64,000 bases of DNA from Octopus sinensis (taxonomy: Eukaryota): NCBI RefSeq assembly GCF_006345805.1, contig NC_043016.1, positions 27,900,001 through 27,964,000 on the forward strand, read 5' to 3'. The position numbers and the translations under genes were made by a program. Under the pieces are notes generated by a model, which saw only the letters and a program-made list of their open reading frames with translations, had not been told where the DNA came from and did no database searches. How positions within the stretch are numbered: the first letter of the stretch is position 1; each line of letters starts with the position of its first letter. Shown here piece by piece: positions 49,901-62,029 of this stretch.

Positions 49901-52900
49901 AAATGTCTGAGCAGCAGCCTGTTCAACCAAGAATTAATACTTCAATGCCTCAAGCTTCGAAACGAGGGTTGTCACCAGCAACCCAAGTTCCTTCATCTGT
50001 ATGCCAACCTCAAACTCTGCCACATCAACCCCCTCAATTCATTGCAAATTCACTGCCTTCACAAGAGATTCAACAAACATATTTGCAGCAAAAAGTTTCT
50101 CATGAAGTGATTCAAAATTCCCTGATGGCACCAGTGCCAAGTTTGCAGCAACAGCAATTTAATTCAGCACTTGATTTAGAAAACCCAGAAGGAATTGTTA
50201 AAACTGAGTCTTATAATGAAGTTGTTTATCCAGCAGTTTCAACATCAGGAGCCTTAAAAAAAGATGATTCCCCAGATAGACATCTGGATGATTCTTCACA
50301 ACTGGTTGCCCACCCGCAACCATTGCTATCAAAACAACCCTTACCTGAAGCTCTACCACCAGATACTAATCAGCAAGAGCCTGTACACACAGAGGCAGTG
50401 AAACCAGTAAATATCGAATCAGATGATGTGGTAAATGAAACTAAAGAAGAGCCCTTGAAAAAAGAACAGCCTCCTGCTTTGAATGAAGAAGAGAAAATAG
50501 AAGTTGATACTGAAAAGAATGTTGTCGGTGGTGAAAATATTTCTGAAACGAAAGTAGTAGTTGATGAGAGTGAAAGTGCAAGTGTTCAGCCACCCCCAGA
50601 AAACTCTGCAGAAGAAACTAGTAAGTTTTTCTTACTGTGGTTACAGTATTTTGAAACACATACATCACTTTGCAGCAATATTAAAATTTTTTGTTTAATC
50701 CTTTGGTATTTAAACTAGCCACATCCCACTCAAATATTCTCCGTTTTGTTTAAAAAGGCCAAATTCAGCTCGTAACACCTATCCCACAATGTCATTCTGA
50801 AGATAATCACATCATTGAAGTCTTGAATCTGTTGCATAATTAATTCAAAACAATGTGAATAAATAAGAATTGCATTTGACAGTAATATGAATACTTAAAG
50901 GCTTAAATAGCATCAGATTTATATAGTAAATGTGAATTATGATTTTAAATTTGTCTAAATAGCTGGCTTAACTTATGCTTTATCAAGGCATCTTTTTCTT
51001 TTAAATTGGCTTTTCTATGGTGTGTTTTGAGGAATGTTTGAGAATTTTTAATCTTCTATATAATTTGAAAAACAAATATGGATTGGGTTTATATATATTT
51101 ACTTCTTAATCGTATTTGTTTCAGTGAAAAATGGATATATCATTTGACATGTCATGTTTTTTAGGTGATAATTCAATAACTTTGCAATATTCTACATTTT
51201 GAGATCCATAAAACTGTTTTCTTGAGAGCTGAAGCAAAACACTTCTCTTGTACAGAATGTTGATTATTCTCTTGTCCTATTAGATGTGACCTACCTTGTA
51301 GGAGTGACAAAATACAAAAAGGGTTCAGTCCACCCTGTAAATTGGTTGATCATGTTCATTTATTCTTTTACTTATTTCAATCATTTGACTGTGGCCATTC
51401 TGAAGCACCGTCTTTTAGTCAAAGAAATTGACCCTAAGACTTATTCTTTGTAAACCTGGTACTTATTCTATCAGGCTCCTTTGCATAACTGCTAAGTTCC
51501 ATGGGGGCTTTGGACACACAAACATCAGTGCACACACACACACGATTGGCTTCTTTCAGTTTCCGCCTATCAAATCCACTTACAAGGCTATGGTCAGCCC
51601 CAAATCAGAATCATGTAGTTTGGAAACAAGCTTCTTACCACGCAGCCATGCCTGTGCCTATGTAGAATATTTTTTCCATACATTTAACAATTGTATTTTT
51701 AACTTGTTTAATAAGTAATTTCTTTTTGAATTACAAAATAGCTGTCTTAAATTTATATAAAGTTTCAGAACAGAAGATTGCATTAACTTCTTCAATACCA
51801 ACATGTGTAACATTGCCCAAGACTGCAACAGTCATATGTCAATTGATGTTCACATTGTTGAGTCATGTTATACTTACATAGAAATATTTTGTATGTCCAT
51901 CATTTGTAAACAAGGCAACTTACTTCTGCTTCACATGTATACTTTCCTGTGTTTATCATAAGGTTGATACTTTTGAGTGATATGATGCACTCTTTTAGTG
52001 TGAATTTTTGAATAAAACTTCATTATTCAACAAGATGGAACCACTGCAATATTGTGTCTAAATTTCTATGCAGGAGTGTTCGATTATTTAAAATATATTC
52101 CTAATTACTTAATAAATAAAATCACTCCTATGTGTACAAATCAAAAATAATTTCATTCTCAGAATCACTGTTCTTCAATGTGTTTTGTTGCAACGTAGAT
52201 GGTAAGTTTTCAAAATTTGTGCTATTTAAGTTTTACTTTTCCAGTTTGGATTTAAATAAAATTCATTATATTTACAGCAAAGGATTCAAAGAAAGAAAAG
52301 ACAAAAGTAAATGAGACATTAAATGTTGGGAAAACTAAAGAAGCTGAAAATGACAATGTTGAGAAACCAGAGGTGAGTGTATTACTATCAAATTTTAACT
52401 CATAAAGTTTTGAGAAATTTTATGAAATGTAGTTAGTCCAAGATAAAAATTATAAAACTATAAATTGCATGAATTTAGATAAAATGTTTTGAGTATAATA
52501 ATCATTGGCTACATTGTCAGTATAGGTTTTAACTCTTTGTCGTGTCATTGTCACCTGCCCAATATTTGTCAAATGGTAGTGAAGATACAATCGAAATACA
52601 ATCACAAACTCCTTTACATTTTCAATGTTTAAAGAATACCGAAACCGAAGAAGTTAAAGACCCTGTGAAACAATCTGAAACTGCCAATGTTATAGAGAAG
52701 GAAGAAAAGGTAGCCGAAGAAGCAAAAGATGTAACGAGCATTGTAATTAATATTGAAGATAAGGTTGTTGCCGATGAGAATGAGAAGAATGAAGCAAAGA
52801 ACATTGAAGATGCTGCTGAGGAATCTGATGAAAGCATCTTAGGATACAAGTACAAAGATGGTTAGTTCAATACTATGTTTGCAAATAATGCTCCATTGAC

Positions 52901-55900
52901 ATTTTATTTGGTTGAGATATGTAAAGTTGAGCTTCCATTTGAAGCATTTATAACATATACAATGAAGTAATTCTCATTATGAATTAAAGCAAAAGTATAC
53001 TCTCAGCTCTTTTTAAATAGTTTTGGGTATGTGTGTGTGCGTGTATATGTGGATGAAATATATTTGTAATGTGAATGTATTGTAATTGATTTAGTTGGGA
53101 TTTTAAAAAAAAAATTTTCTTTACTACACATTAAAATTTTTTTAATTTTTAGACCAATGGAGTCCTTTACATCCCGAACGAAAGAAGCAGTATGACCGAG
53201 ACTTTCTATTAAAATTGCAGTTTGCAAATGAATCTGTTTTAATGCCACTGGGACTCCCTGACCTGCCTGATGTTATATTAACTAAAGTAAATTTTTTTTC
53301 CCTTATGTATTCAATTCAATATCACCTGTCCAAATTCTATTGTTGTATTGCATGCTTCAGTTATATAAAATTTCAAATTGACTTCAATCATTTAACTCAA
53401 CCAGCATCTAGCTATGTAGTATTTGGGCAGTTAGTGCTCCTATCTTTTCAATGAACATCTGTGAGAATTTGTGAAAGAAATCTATTTTGCCAAATTTTTT
53501 AAATACTTGTAAGGATTGTCATTAAATACATTTAGCACGTTCATTTATTTGTTTCAAATGTTTCTCTGCCTGCAAGTAATTCTTGTATCACTAATGTTCT
53601 GAATGTATTATGCCAGCAAGGACTGGGAATTTACTTTTCACTGTATTTTATAATAGCTGTCCATGATTGTACTATTATACTGGCAAGCTGGTAGCACTAA
53701 GCCATTTTAGTTATTCTCAAATAACATCAGTTGATATATTTATAATGGTAGGATCTAGAACAAAAATAACATCAATGAAGTTATATGATTAGATTTAAAA
53801 TACTCGAGTTTTTCTTTTCAAACAGTATTTTCTCTTTTGTTATTCAGCCACATGAGCCAGAAAGAAGTTTTGAAAAGGTCCCTGGATCTGGTTCTTTTGA
53901 AAGTGTTTTTGATTTTACACCAAAATATATGAGGGCATCTAAAACTGTATGTAACATTGTTTGCTTTATAAATTTTGTAAATATTAGAAACTTGAGATTT
54001 ATTTTATATGATGTTCCATTCTAGTTTTTCTCCTCAGGGACTTTTCTAGTGTAGAAATTTCATCTAAGAAAATGACTGTAATTGTAAACAAATAGGATCA
54101 TTAACCCTTTTGTTACTATATTTCTTATCAAAATACTCTCCTTATGTGTTTCAATGAAATTCTAAATTATTATCAATATATTGATTTTAGGAATGTAATT
54201 CAACTAACGGTTATTAACCAAATCTGTTTCATAATTTTTATCTCAAAGTGAATCTAATTACAGGTAAATAGGTAAATTCAACAAAGCATAAAATTATTAA
54301 AAGTTGTTTAACCCATTCGTTACTATATTTCTGACAAAAATACACTCCTTATGCGTTTCAATTAATTTCTAACATAATCATAAATTTAGTCTGGTTTCAT
54401 TAAACAACTATAACTTTTTTATCAAATATATTAATGTGATTTTTGGAAGATAATTTAATGAAAGGTTCTCAAACAATTCTATACCATAACTTTTGTCACA
54501 AAGTGATTCTAATTGCAGACAGATACAGGTAAATTCAACAAAATAAAAAATTATTAAAACTTTTGTTCAAACATCGCTATAGAAAATGGGTTATTAGCTA
54601 ATATTCAATTGGGTATACACCAAAATTTTACCATAGAAGAGTTGTGCACATTACTGGATTCAAGACAGGTGTACCATGAGGGTGTAAGTAAAACAAAAGA
54701 CTGGAATTTGTCTGTGAAGAAAACTAGAAAACAAAATACACACACCATCAACTAGATTAAATAAGCTCTCCCACATACATTAGATACAATAATGATTTGC
54801 AAAAGAAATTAATCAAAATTCGTCACTCACCTTAGAGGTAAATTAAAATAACAAGTAAATTAAAATTACACAAATAAAAATGAAGTAAATTTGAAAATAT
54901 TTATAAAATCAAATCACACATATATACAAATCAAACAATATTCCTATGGTGAAAACTTGTAAAGCACCCTGCTCTACATAATGCAACCTTGCAGAATGCA
55001 CATTGGAAGGTTGTTTCAACAGCCCTTCCACTAGGAGCTTTCCATTTTTGATGAAGGCATTCGTGACCCTTGATTTTTTTTTTTTTTTTTTTTTTTTTTC
55101 TAAATTATGTAGATCGACTGAATTCGAGGGATATCCCTCTGGCAGGCTTTGCTTTTTCTCCCTACAGTTTAAAAAAATTTTTCTTTTTGGGGAGGAATAA
55201 CCAGCTCTTAGTTGCATTGCTACATCTGCTTGGAACTGCAGATGGTCGCATTGCTTCCGAGCCGGTCCCAATTTGGTATATAGTATAAACACATTAGTAA
55301 TACTCCTGTTTACTATATACCAAACCAGGTATTGCCACCATTTATTCCCTGGTCTGCCAACTGGATAGTAAGACATCATCTGATTCAGCCGATCTACACC
55401 ACCCATGTACCTGTTACAATCGAGGTTCACAAATGGCGTGCCATTTTCATCCACAGGTGGCTGTGCACAGGTAGACAGAAAATTGATCTGCCTCTTATCT
55501 CTGTATGCGGTCGCTAGCAAATTTACTTTCTGTCGTTGAATTATTTCACCTTTTTTTTTTATATCCAACAGCAGTCCTTTTCTGCTAGCGATCACTGTAG
55601 CACATATATGTGTTGCCACAGTATCTAAATTCTCCGCAAGTTTGACCGAACTGAAAAATCGGTCAAAAAATGATATACGGCCCTGGTTATGGTATGGAAG
55701 TGATAAATTTCAGACCACATCGTACCCTAGGCCATGCTGACTTACATAATTGTCTCTTTTGCCTGTATAAAATTCAAATCCTGAGCAGTTCCCAGTATTC
55801 GATTCGCAAATCTTCCAAACTTTGATCCCCCATTTTGTGGGCTTTCCGGGCATATACTGTCGAAAACGTACTTGGCCTTTATAGCCCACCATACCCTCAT

Positions 55901-57098
55901 CAATTGATAAACATCTCCCTGGCTTATAAACAGTTTTATGTGTTTTGAACACAGTCAATAAGGGGTCTTATTTTAAATTGGGGATCAAAGCCTGGTTCTC
56001 CACGCACTGGTGTACTGCTCGTGTCTCTTACATGCAATTATTGGGTCACTTTTAAAAATGGTGTCCTCGTCATTATATTCGATACATATTCGTCTCCAAA
56101 GGGCTCATCGCTACTCCAGTAATTTGTTATTCTGGGTAACTTTCTGATGCCCATAATATTTATGGCAAAATAGGCCTTAATTTCATTTAAGGTTGTGGAA
56201 CCCACAAACTATCCTTTCTTTCGCTTTGTTTACATTTAGCGTGACGGTTTGTTTCTGCCGTAATAAGTTCAAATAGACTCATCGGAAAAAGTAAAAAGAA
56301 ATAGTCTATCGCTTTACTCTCCTGGGAAAGACTGTGGCTTGGTCCAGTTTCTTTAGAAAAATCATTAGAAAAAACAGTTTTTAAATTTTCACTCCATTCA
56401 GGTGCCAATACATTTTCTTCATCGCTGTCAGAGCTCTCGGATTCACTGCTCTCACTTTCGGAAAATGAAGCATCGGATTCATTTTCAAATACACGTGCTT
56501 TTTTTTTTTCAGTCATAGAGTTAGATTTATCAAGGTCTTCAGTAGAAAATCCTTCGAATTCTGACTCGCTCCTTGACAGAATGAAATTTGTATCCATTTC
56601 TTGTCATAATTACAAATTTCGAAAACACAGCAGGAACAAATTTGGAAAAAAATCTCCAAAAATTCCACAGAATTAAAATTACATGTCAATCGTTGTTCAA
56701 AAGTGTAGATGAACTGTTTACGAAGTATAATCACGTGTTTTCATGAATGTACTAACAAGATTTGCTCTGATATTCTCATTTAAATATGAATAGGAGATTA
56801 CGGGCGGTTTTGCGCAGCTTGGTCACATGAACCAAAATTTTTTTCGGGCGGCTTTGGGCGGTTTGGTAACGAAAGGGTTAAACATCAGCATAGAAAATGA
56901 GTTACTAATATTCGATGAGTATACAACAAAAATTTTAATAGTAAGGAATTGTGCAAGTAACTGGATTATTTAAAAATTGAACTTAATCCACATAAGACAA
57001 GTGTGCCATTAGGGTAAAATAGAACAAAATACTGAAATTTGTCTTTGAAGGAAACTAGGAAATGAAATATGCTCACATGTGTATGTAAATACACACTT

Positions 57099-57129
<31 letters not shown>

Positions 57130-60100
57130 TTCACAATCCAAATTAATCAAACTTTTTCATGAATGATGCAGGGGAATTGAAAGTAAAGTCTAAAAGATAT
57201 AAATATATATATTTATAAATAAATAAATAAATATATTGGCACAATTTTCCTAAGTTCTGATTTCTAATTTTCTTCCAAGTATGTTGAAAACCTCAAAATA
57301 TTTTCCCCCCCTTTTTGTTTACATTTGTTTCCACACTATTTGATTTAAGTAAAAATAAAAAATAATTTAATGGTTTTGTTTCCTTGCAATGTCTACAGCA
57401 AGAACAGTTTTTTAACTGTTACTATATTCATGTACAAATTCTTTCTTCCCCTTTCCTCTTGGAACTGTTGTCAGAATTGTTTCTTTTGGAAAAAAATATC
57501 TGATTCATACAAGCTTGTACATTCTCATGTAACATTCCCAAAGCTTCTCGGATTACTGTCTTTTATGTTGTGGAACCTTAAAGTAATTTTTCTCCGTCTT
57601 TTCTCCGTTTTTTAAAAAACCAAAAAACAAGCAGTTTACTTTCCTTGCAAAGACTGACTAGGTTTAATTCCCTAAAAATATCTAACAAAGAGATTTTTAC
57701 TTTATTCAGGTACAAATTCCTTGGTCCCCACTGCTATCTAAACTTAGAATTATTGCACTTTTGGGAAAAAATATCCTATGCATAATTACACACGTAGTTT
57801 TTATGTTTGCCATATATAGTCTTAGTTTTCTATGTCTTCTTTCAAAAATAATTGGAATTCAAATTCACTGCTTAACAACATGAAACTGATATCCAGTTTT
57901 CATCCATAGTGAAACATTTCAGAAAATTTGAATAATAAAAAAGGTGGGGTTTTCCAAAGATTAGCAGCGCTCAGATACCATGTAAAATAATGTTGCAGTG
58001 TAATAACATTGGGTACTCTTGCCCAGCTACAGCTGGGTTGGTCTTATGAACAAATAAATTTTTCAACTAGCTATGGCCGAGTTAGTATCAAAAGGGTTAA
58101 TATTATTGATACTAATGAGATATGTGCTGAAATTTTGGTTTAAATATGAATAGGTTGTTACAGCTGGTTTCAAGTGGTTTGGTATCATTCGCCATTTTAA
58201 TTCCTGGGCAGGTACAAGCAGCTTGGTATCGAGAGGGTTAGTTATATGAAACTAAGTACATTATGTGTTAATGTTTTTAAAGATTTTTTTTTACTCTCCT
58301 TTTAAGACTGGAAATGTTAGAAATATTCCCAAAAGAGGTAGCCAGCAAGGGGGCGCACGTAAAGAAGTAAAGAAAATAACTGGAGTCAATTTATCGACTG
58401 AGGTGCCACTAAAAAGATGTGATAATGCTTGGAGACCAACACATAAACATAATAAGGAGGAGGAAGATGATGATGAGGATGATGTGAGTAATCATTTCTG
58501 TTTAAGCACATTAAAGTATTCCCTTTTGCAGCATTTTTATAAAACTCAAGTGACGTTAATAGTCATTACGTTTCTTTGTTTATATCTATAGAAATATATA
58601 TATATAAACGAAAAAATGAAACGTATAAGCAGTATTCTATTGTTGCTTAGGAAACAATAGAATACTGCTTGACTTATGTTATCGTGCAACACTGTTTGGC
58701 CATGTTAGTAGATTTTGTTTTCTTAGACCCTGCTTTACCATGTTCTGAGTTACAAGTTGTCGAAAGAATACAGTGACATTGGCAAATGAAAAGCTGTGCT
58801 TTTTCATGTGCCACCCTGCATATCATTGATTTAAAATTCCTTAACCTAAAATTTGGGTACAAAGCATCTCAGCTAAATATAGTGTGAACATCCTTAGCAG
58901 AGACCAAGACCTCTGCTAGATAATAACACAAGATAAATGCAGGGTGTTTGTATCTATTTCAAGTATGAAAAGCTATTGTTATCACTTGTGGTTTGTTCTT
59001 CTATCATTATATTGGATATATTGAGCTGTAAAGGCATGTTAATGACTCCAGTATTGTGCATTGCACAGAAATATAGCTTTATTTCTTTTTATAACCATAG
59101 ATAGACATTTGCTGAAATGTATGTGAATTCCTGGAGTGAAGTATCTCAAGTTGTATGAAAAAAATTACATGGACTGAGATATCTTTTCCAGTGTAGTTAA
59201 AAAAATTTCAGTAATTCAGAATATGGTGAAGATGTGCTGCAACAAAATAAAATTAAGAATTAAAACATTGAGCAAAATGAGTGTTATATATCATTATCTT
59301 GATTGGGCATTATTTCTATTGTAGCCTCATGTTTTGATTTTTATCTGTACATTACTGGAGCTATAGCAACTGAACATTGTATCTCTAGGCCATTTCAGTG
59401 TGTACTTTGCTTTTGTACATCGTACATAATTGTTTTATCAAGCTGCTACGACTTGGACAGCAGTGCAATACAGTACCTCTCCATGCATTCTCTTATCATT
59501 TATTACATCTGATGTGAATGCTCTAGCTCTAATACAGGTTTTTCTGTTCATGAATGTACAAAAAATTTTCAATATATATTTATCAAATTTTCATATCAAA
59601 ATGACCAGAGCTTACAAAATGCTTAGAACTTATACTATCATTAAAAAAAGAAAACGGATTTCTATGTTGATATGGATAATTGTAATAGTTGATTCATTTT
59701 AAAATTTGATACTCAAATTATTTTTAACGATCATTGTGTAACCATGTCCTCCCCCCCCCCGTGCTCTCCTCTCCCTTTCACTTTTTTTTACTGTTTGTCT
59801 ATATAAACAGATCAATAAGAAAGTCAGAAGCATTTTAAACAAGTTAACACCCCAGAAATTTGAAGTCTTGCTGTCCCAAATCAAAGAAATAAACATCAAT
59901 ACTGAAAATAAGCTTAAAATTGTAATTGGCTTATTATTTGAGAAGGTAAATATTTATATATATATATACATATATTTTTATATTTTCATATCTGAAAACT
60001 GCCAGATTCTGCTTGGTTCTCAAGTTTGTTTTGGGAGTGGGTATCTGGAGATGAATTAAAGGTCTTTCAATATATTCTCTGTAGACTAGTATTCTCCATT

Positions 60101-61462
60101 GTGTATCTATATTTGAATACCCAATTGTATAATGTATGCGTGTTAGTTTGTTTTACTGTCGATGTCATAAACATGTATGGACATGCTGAAATATTACTTG
60201 AAAATAGGTGAGGATTGGCAATAGGATGAACATCAAGTAATACACAATGTGTCTGATCCATTCAAGCATGGGGGAAAAAATGATTCATATATATATGTAT
60301 ATATCTTTGACATAATGTGTTCGTCTTTATGTGTGTGCACACACACACACACATACCTTTACAACCATATCTGATTCTGCAAGCACTTCAATTCTGTATT
60401 TATGCATACATTTGATTGTTGCCATTTTCTGTCATTAATAATACTCTGCATTTTTGACAACTTATGTATGCTGATATATATATATATATATATATATGTA
60501 TGCTGATATATATGCATATATATTTATATATATATATATATGTATGCTGATATATATGCATATATATTTATATATATATATATTATATATATATATGCAT
60601 ATATATATATATATATATGTGCATATATATACATATGCATATATGTATATATATGTGCATATATATAATTTTGGTGATATGCTAGAAGGATATTATGAAT
60701 GATTTTTTTTTTCTTTATAACTGTGCATTCAAAATTGGAAGATCTTATTGCAATTAATATTTAACTCAGTATGTGATAGAATTGATTGCTTTGTTTCTCT
60801 TGGCTGTGCACATTTCTAAATGGATTGTCTATTCAAGAAAGTTTGTGTTGGTTGCTTGCTTAACAAATTGAGTCAGAATAAAGTTTCAAGTGACTATCAA
60901 TTTACAACTCGATGGCGAAGTTTTGGGGAGTTAGGAAATGATATAAAATCTAAGCAAAATGTTAGCTTTAAAATGGTTTTTTTTACTTGCTACTTTTGAT
61001 GTTTTTGATCAATGTCTACAACAGAGTTTTCTAAAAGATAACTTATGGAAGTTTCCAAGATTTTAATTGCTTTGATTCAGCTTATGGAGGTGGGGGTATC
61101 TTGAATCTGAGGATTCTGTAATCCTTACATTCTTCATCCAATTTTTTTAAATGAAATTTCTAGTAATGTACTCCTTATGCGGTGTGGGTGGGATTGGTTT
61201 CAGAATGACTGAAATGAAATACTTCTTACACTGCTGTACTGCAATCATAACAAGGATAGTAAAGCAGTTTCAAATACCTGCACTGTTTCTACATTAAATT
61301 TCTTGCACGTGGTAGTGTGTTGTACGGATGAAATTTTGGTTGAGTCTGCATCATATTTTATGTATATGCATAATTTCCTTAATATTCTATTTTATCTTGT
61401 AGGCTATTAGTGAACCCAGCTTCAGTGTTGCGTATGCAAATCTTTGCAATTGTCTTGTAAAA
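37811..61462 (+). CDS. EIF4G: Eukaryotic translation initiation factor 4 gamma, multi-exon, 3' partial: join(37811..37918,47003..47149,47574..47694,49017..49156,49357..50620,52278..52372,52635..52860,53153..53286,53848..53946,58307..58483,59811..59945,61403..61462), 902 codons in window
   Basis: All introns are GT-AG with matching phases and the joined frame is open. Diagnostic motifs occur in the expected order: [17 protein letters not shown] (PABP), QWSP...[10 protein letters not shown] (eIF4E), [22 protein letters not shown]...[18 protein letters not shown] (MIF4G). Confidence 0.95.
40041..41315 (-). mobile_element. Non-autonomous piggyBac internal-deletion derivative, sister of 28183-29517
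   Basis: TTAA at 40037-40040 and 41316-41319; very similar to the 28 kb copy along its length. Confidence 0.92.
43004..43380 (+). mobile_element. Full-length copy of the same tRNA-derived SINE in an eIF4G intron
   Basis: ggtgcaggtgtggctgtgtggtaag...ggttcagtccc head through the gactgaaacaagtaaaa tail. Confidence 0.85.
43760..45626 (+). mobile_element. Two related non-autonomous Helitrons, one (44026-45244) apparently nested in the other
   Basis: Two A|TCAATATCTATAAA heads (43760, 44026) and two GGTCACCTTAAGCTAG|T tails (45244, 45626) with duplicated internal blocks. Confidence 0.75.
46030..46515 (+). mobile_element. hAT Charlie/Buster-type 3' remnant
   Basis: Decayed FPTY.VEQ.FS ... [17 protein letters not shown]-terminus followed by a ...TTGGGAACCATT terminus-like sequence. 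Confidence 0.5.
47003..47149 (+). CDS. EIF4G: eIF4G exon ([22 protein letters not shown]...PTQVMP)
   Basis: catttcag acceptor, gtaagt donor, 147 nt, phase 0/0. Confidence 0.85.
47574..47694 (+). CDS. EIF4G: eIF4G exon ([40 protein letters not shown])
   Basis: ttttgcag acceptor; two phase-1 donors, after 47688 (gtgcaa) and after 47694 (gtaaat). Confidence 0.8.
47755..47941. mobile_element. TTAA-flanked MITE (second copy at 50699-50902)
   Basis: TTAA flanks, ...TGCTAAGGG end, internal sequence (ttaattcaaaacaatgt...catttgaca) shared between the two copies. Confidence 0.65.
48020..48542. mobile_element. Right-arm fragment of a piggyBac non-autonomous element
   Basis: Homologous to about 57630-57930 (tatccagttttcatccatagtgaaacatttcagaaaat); ends GGTTGGTATCAAGAG|TTAA. 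Confidence 0.7.
48586..48805. mobile_element. 220-bp piggyBac MITE
   Basis: TTAA|CCCTTTCGTTAC ... GTAACGAAAGGG|TTAA with perfect 12-bp TIRs; a degenerate inverted relative lies at about 23252-23424. Confidence 0.9.
49017..49156 (+). CDS. EIF4G: eIF4G exon with PABP-binding motif
   Basis: [23 protein letters not shown] resembles the metazoan eIF4G PABP site (IRIRDPNQGGKDITEEI in human); ttttcag acceptor and gtattt donor, phase 1/0. Confidence 0.95.
49357..50620 (+). CDS. EIF4G: eIF4G long exon, Q/P-rich then acidic disordered region
   Basis: 1264-nt open frame matching the 446-aa ORF track entry; tcttag acceptor, gtaagt donor at 50621, phase 0/1. Confidence 0.9.
52278..52372 (+). CDS. EIF4G: eIF4G exon ([32 protein letters not shown])
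   Basis: tttacag acceptor and GAG|gtgagt donor, phase 1/0. Confidence 0.85.
52635..52860 (+). CDS. EIF4G: eIF4G acidic exon ending LGYKYKD
   Basis: tttaaag acceptor, gttagt donor, phase 0/1; leads into the conserved YK-D-QW motif. Confidence 0.9.
53153..53286 (+). CDS. EIF4G: eIF4G exon with canonical eIF4E-binding motif
   Basis: [24 protein letters not shown]; the YxxxxL-hydrophobic motif is at 53191-53211; phase 1/0. Confidence 0.97.
53848..53946 (+). CDS. EIF4G: eIF4G exon with DFTP motif
   Basis: tattcag acceptor and gtatgt donor, 99 nt, [33 protein letters not shown]. Confidence 0.92.
54312..56877 (-). mobile_element. piggyBac DNA transposon with decayed transposase
   Basis: TTAA at 54308-54311 and 56878-56881; termini CCCATTCGTTAC ... 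GTAACGAAAGGG; internal transposase pseudogene. Confidence 0.95.
54931..56597 (-). pseudogene. piggyBac (PGBD4-like, DDE_Tnp_1_7) transposase pseudogene
   Basis: Acidic N-terminus, [12 protein letters not shown]...[35 protein letters not shown], and a C-terminal Cys-rich [21 protein letters not shown]; broken by frameshifts, a TGA at 55712-55710 and a 26-nt homopolymer at 55074-55099. Confidence 0.95.
58307..58483 (+). CDS. EIF4G: eIF4G exon preceding MIF4G (...[12 protein letters not shown]...)
   Basis: ttttaag acceptor and gtgagt donor, 177 nt, conserved NAW(R/K)P motif. Confidence 0.93.
59811..59945 (+). CDS. EIF4G: eIF4G MIF4G (HEAT-1) domain start
   Basis: [45 protein letters not shown]; aacag acceptor and gtaaat donor. 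Confidence 0.97.
61403..61462 (+). CDS. EIF4G: eIF4G MIF4G exon ([20 protein letters not shown])
   Basis: cttgtag acceptor and gtaagt donor, 60 nt, highly conserved EPxFSxxYA motif. Confidence 0.96.
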
Positions 61463-62029
61463 GTAAGTACTCTTAATATTTTTCAGTAATTCTATCTAAT
61501 AAACAGTGTTCAATATTGTTAAGTCTCTTGACTGTTTACACCCTTGAGGCCTAAATAATATAATATAGTATACTATGCATTCCTTCTGTATGAAATGAAT
61601 TAGACATTAACGAATAAAAAACGTGGTGTAGACGTGGACAGTTGCAGTTGAACCAGATAGAAAAGGAGTAACTCTAAATAGTTGAAAACAGATGCTTTAG
61701 ACCATTACCAGACAGTCCCTTTGCAAACAAATATATCAAAAGTGGAAGGTGATATGGAGGGTATCTTCCCATAAAAAAAAAAAACCTGAATAAGCTAAAA
61801 TATCAGATTCAGTATGCCGAGTGGGAGGTATTTGCATTTTGTGAGTATTAAGAATGTCATGGTAGAATAATTGTATCAGGAAATTTCATCCATATTCATG
61901 CAATAAGTTATGGTCATTGGTATATATTGTGAATGTGGGTTTTACTTTTTGTCACTGTCGCCTACCCAAGTAATTTGACTACACATAGGTATTTTTATAT
62001 ATGTTTGCAAGAATGTTTCTCAAGAGGTT

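Larger units (their letters stand above)
54105..58096 (-). mobile_element. Older non-autonomous piggyBac element, interrupted by the 54312-56877 copy
   Basis: TTAA|CCCTTTTGTTAC at 54101-54116 and GTATCAAAAGGG|TTAA at 58085-58100; sequence after 56881 continues the left-arm homology. Confidence 0.8.

Noticed and set aside
54909-55619. Intact or domesticated PGBD gene
   Set aside because: Several frameshifts, an internal stop and retained TIRs with TTAA indicate a dead transposon copy.
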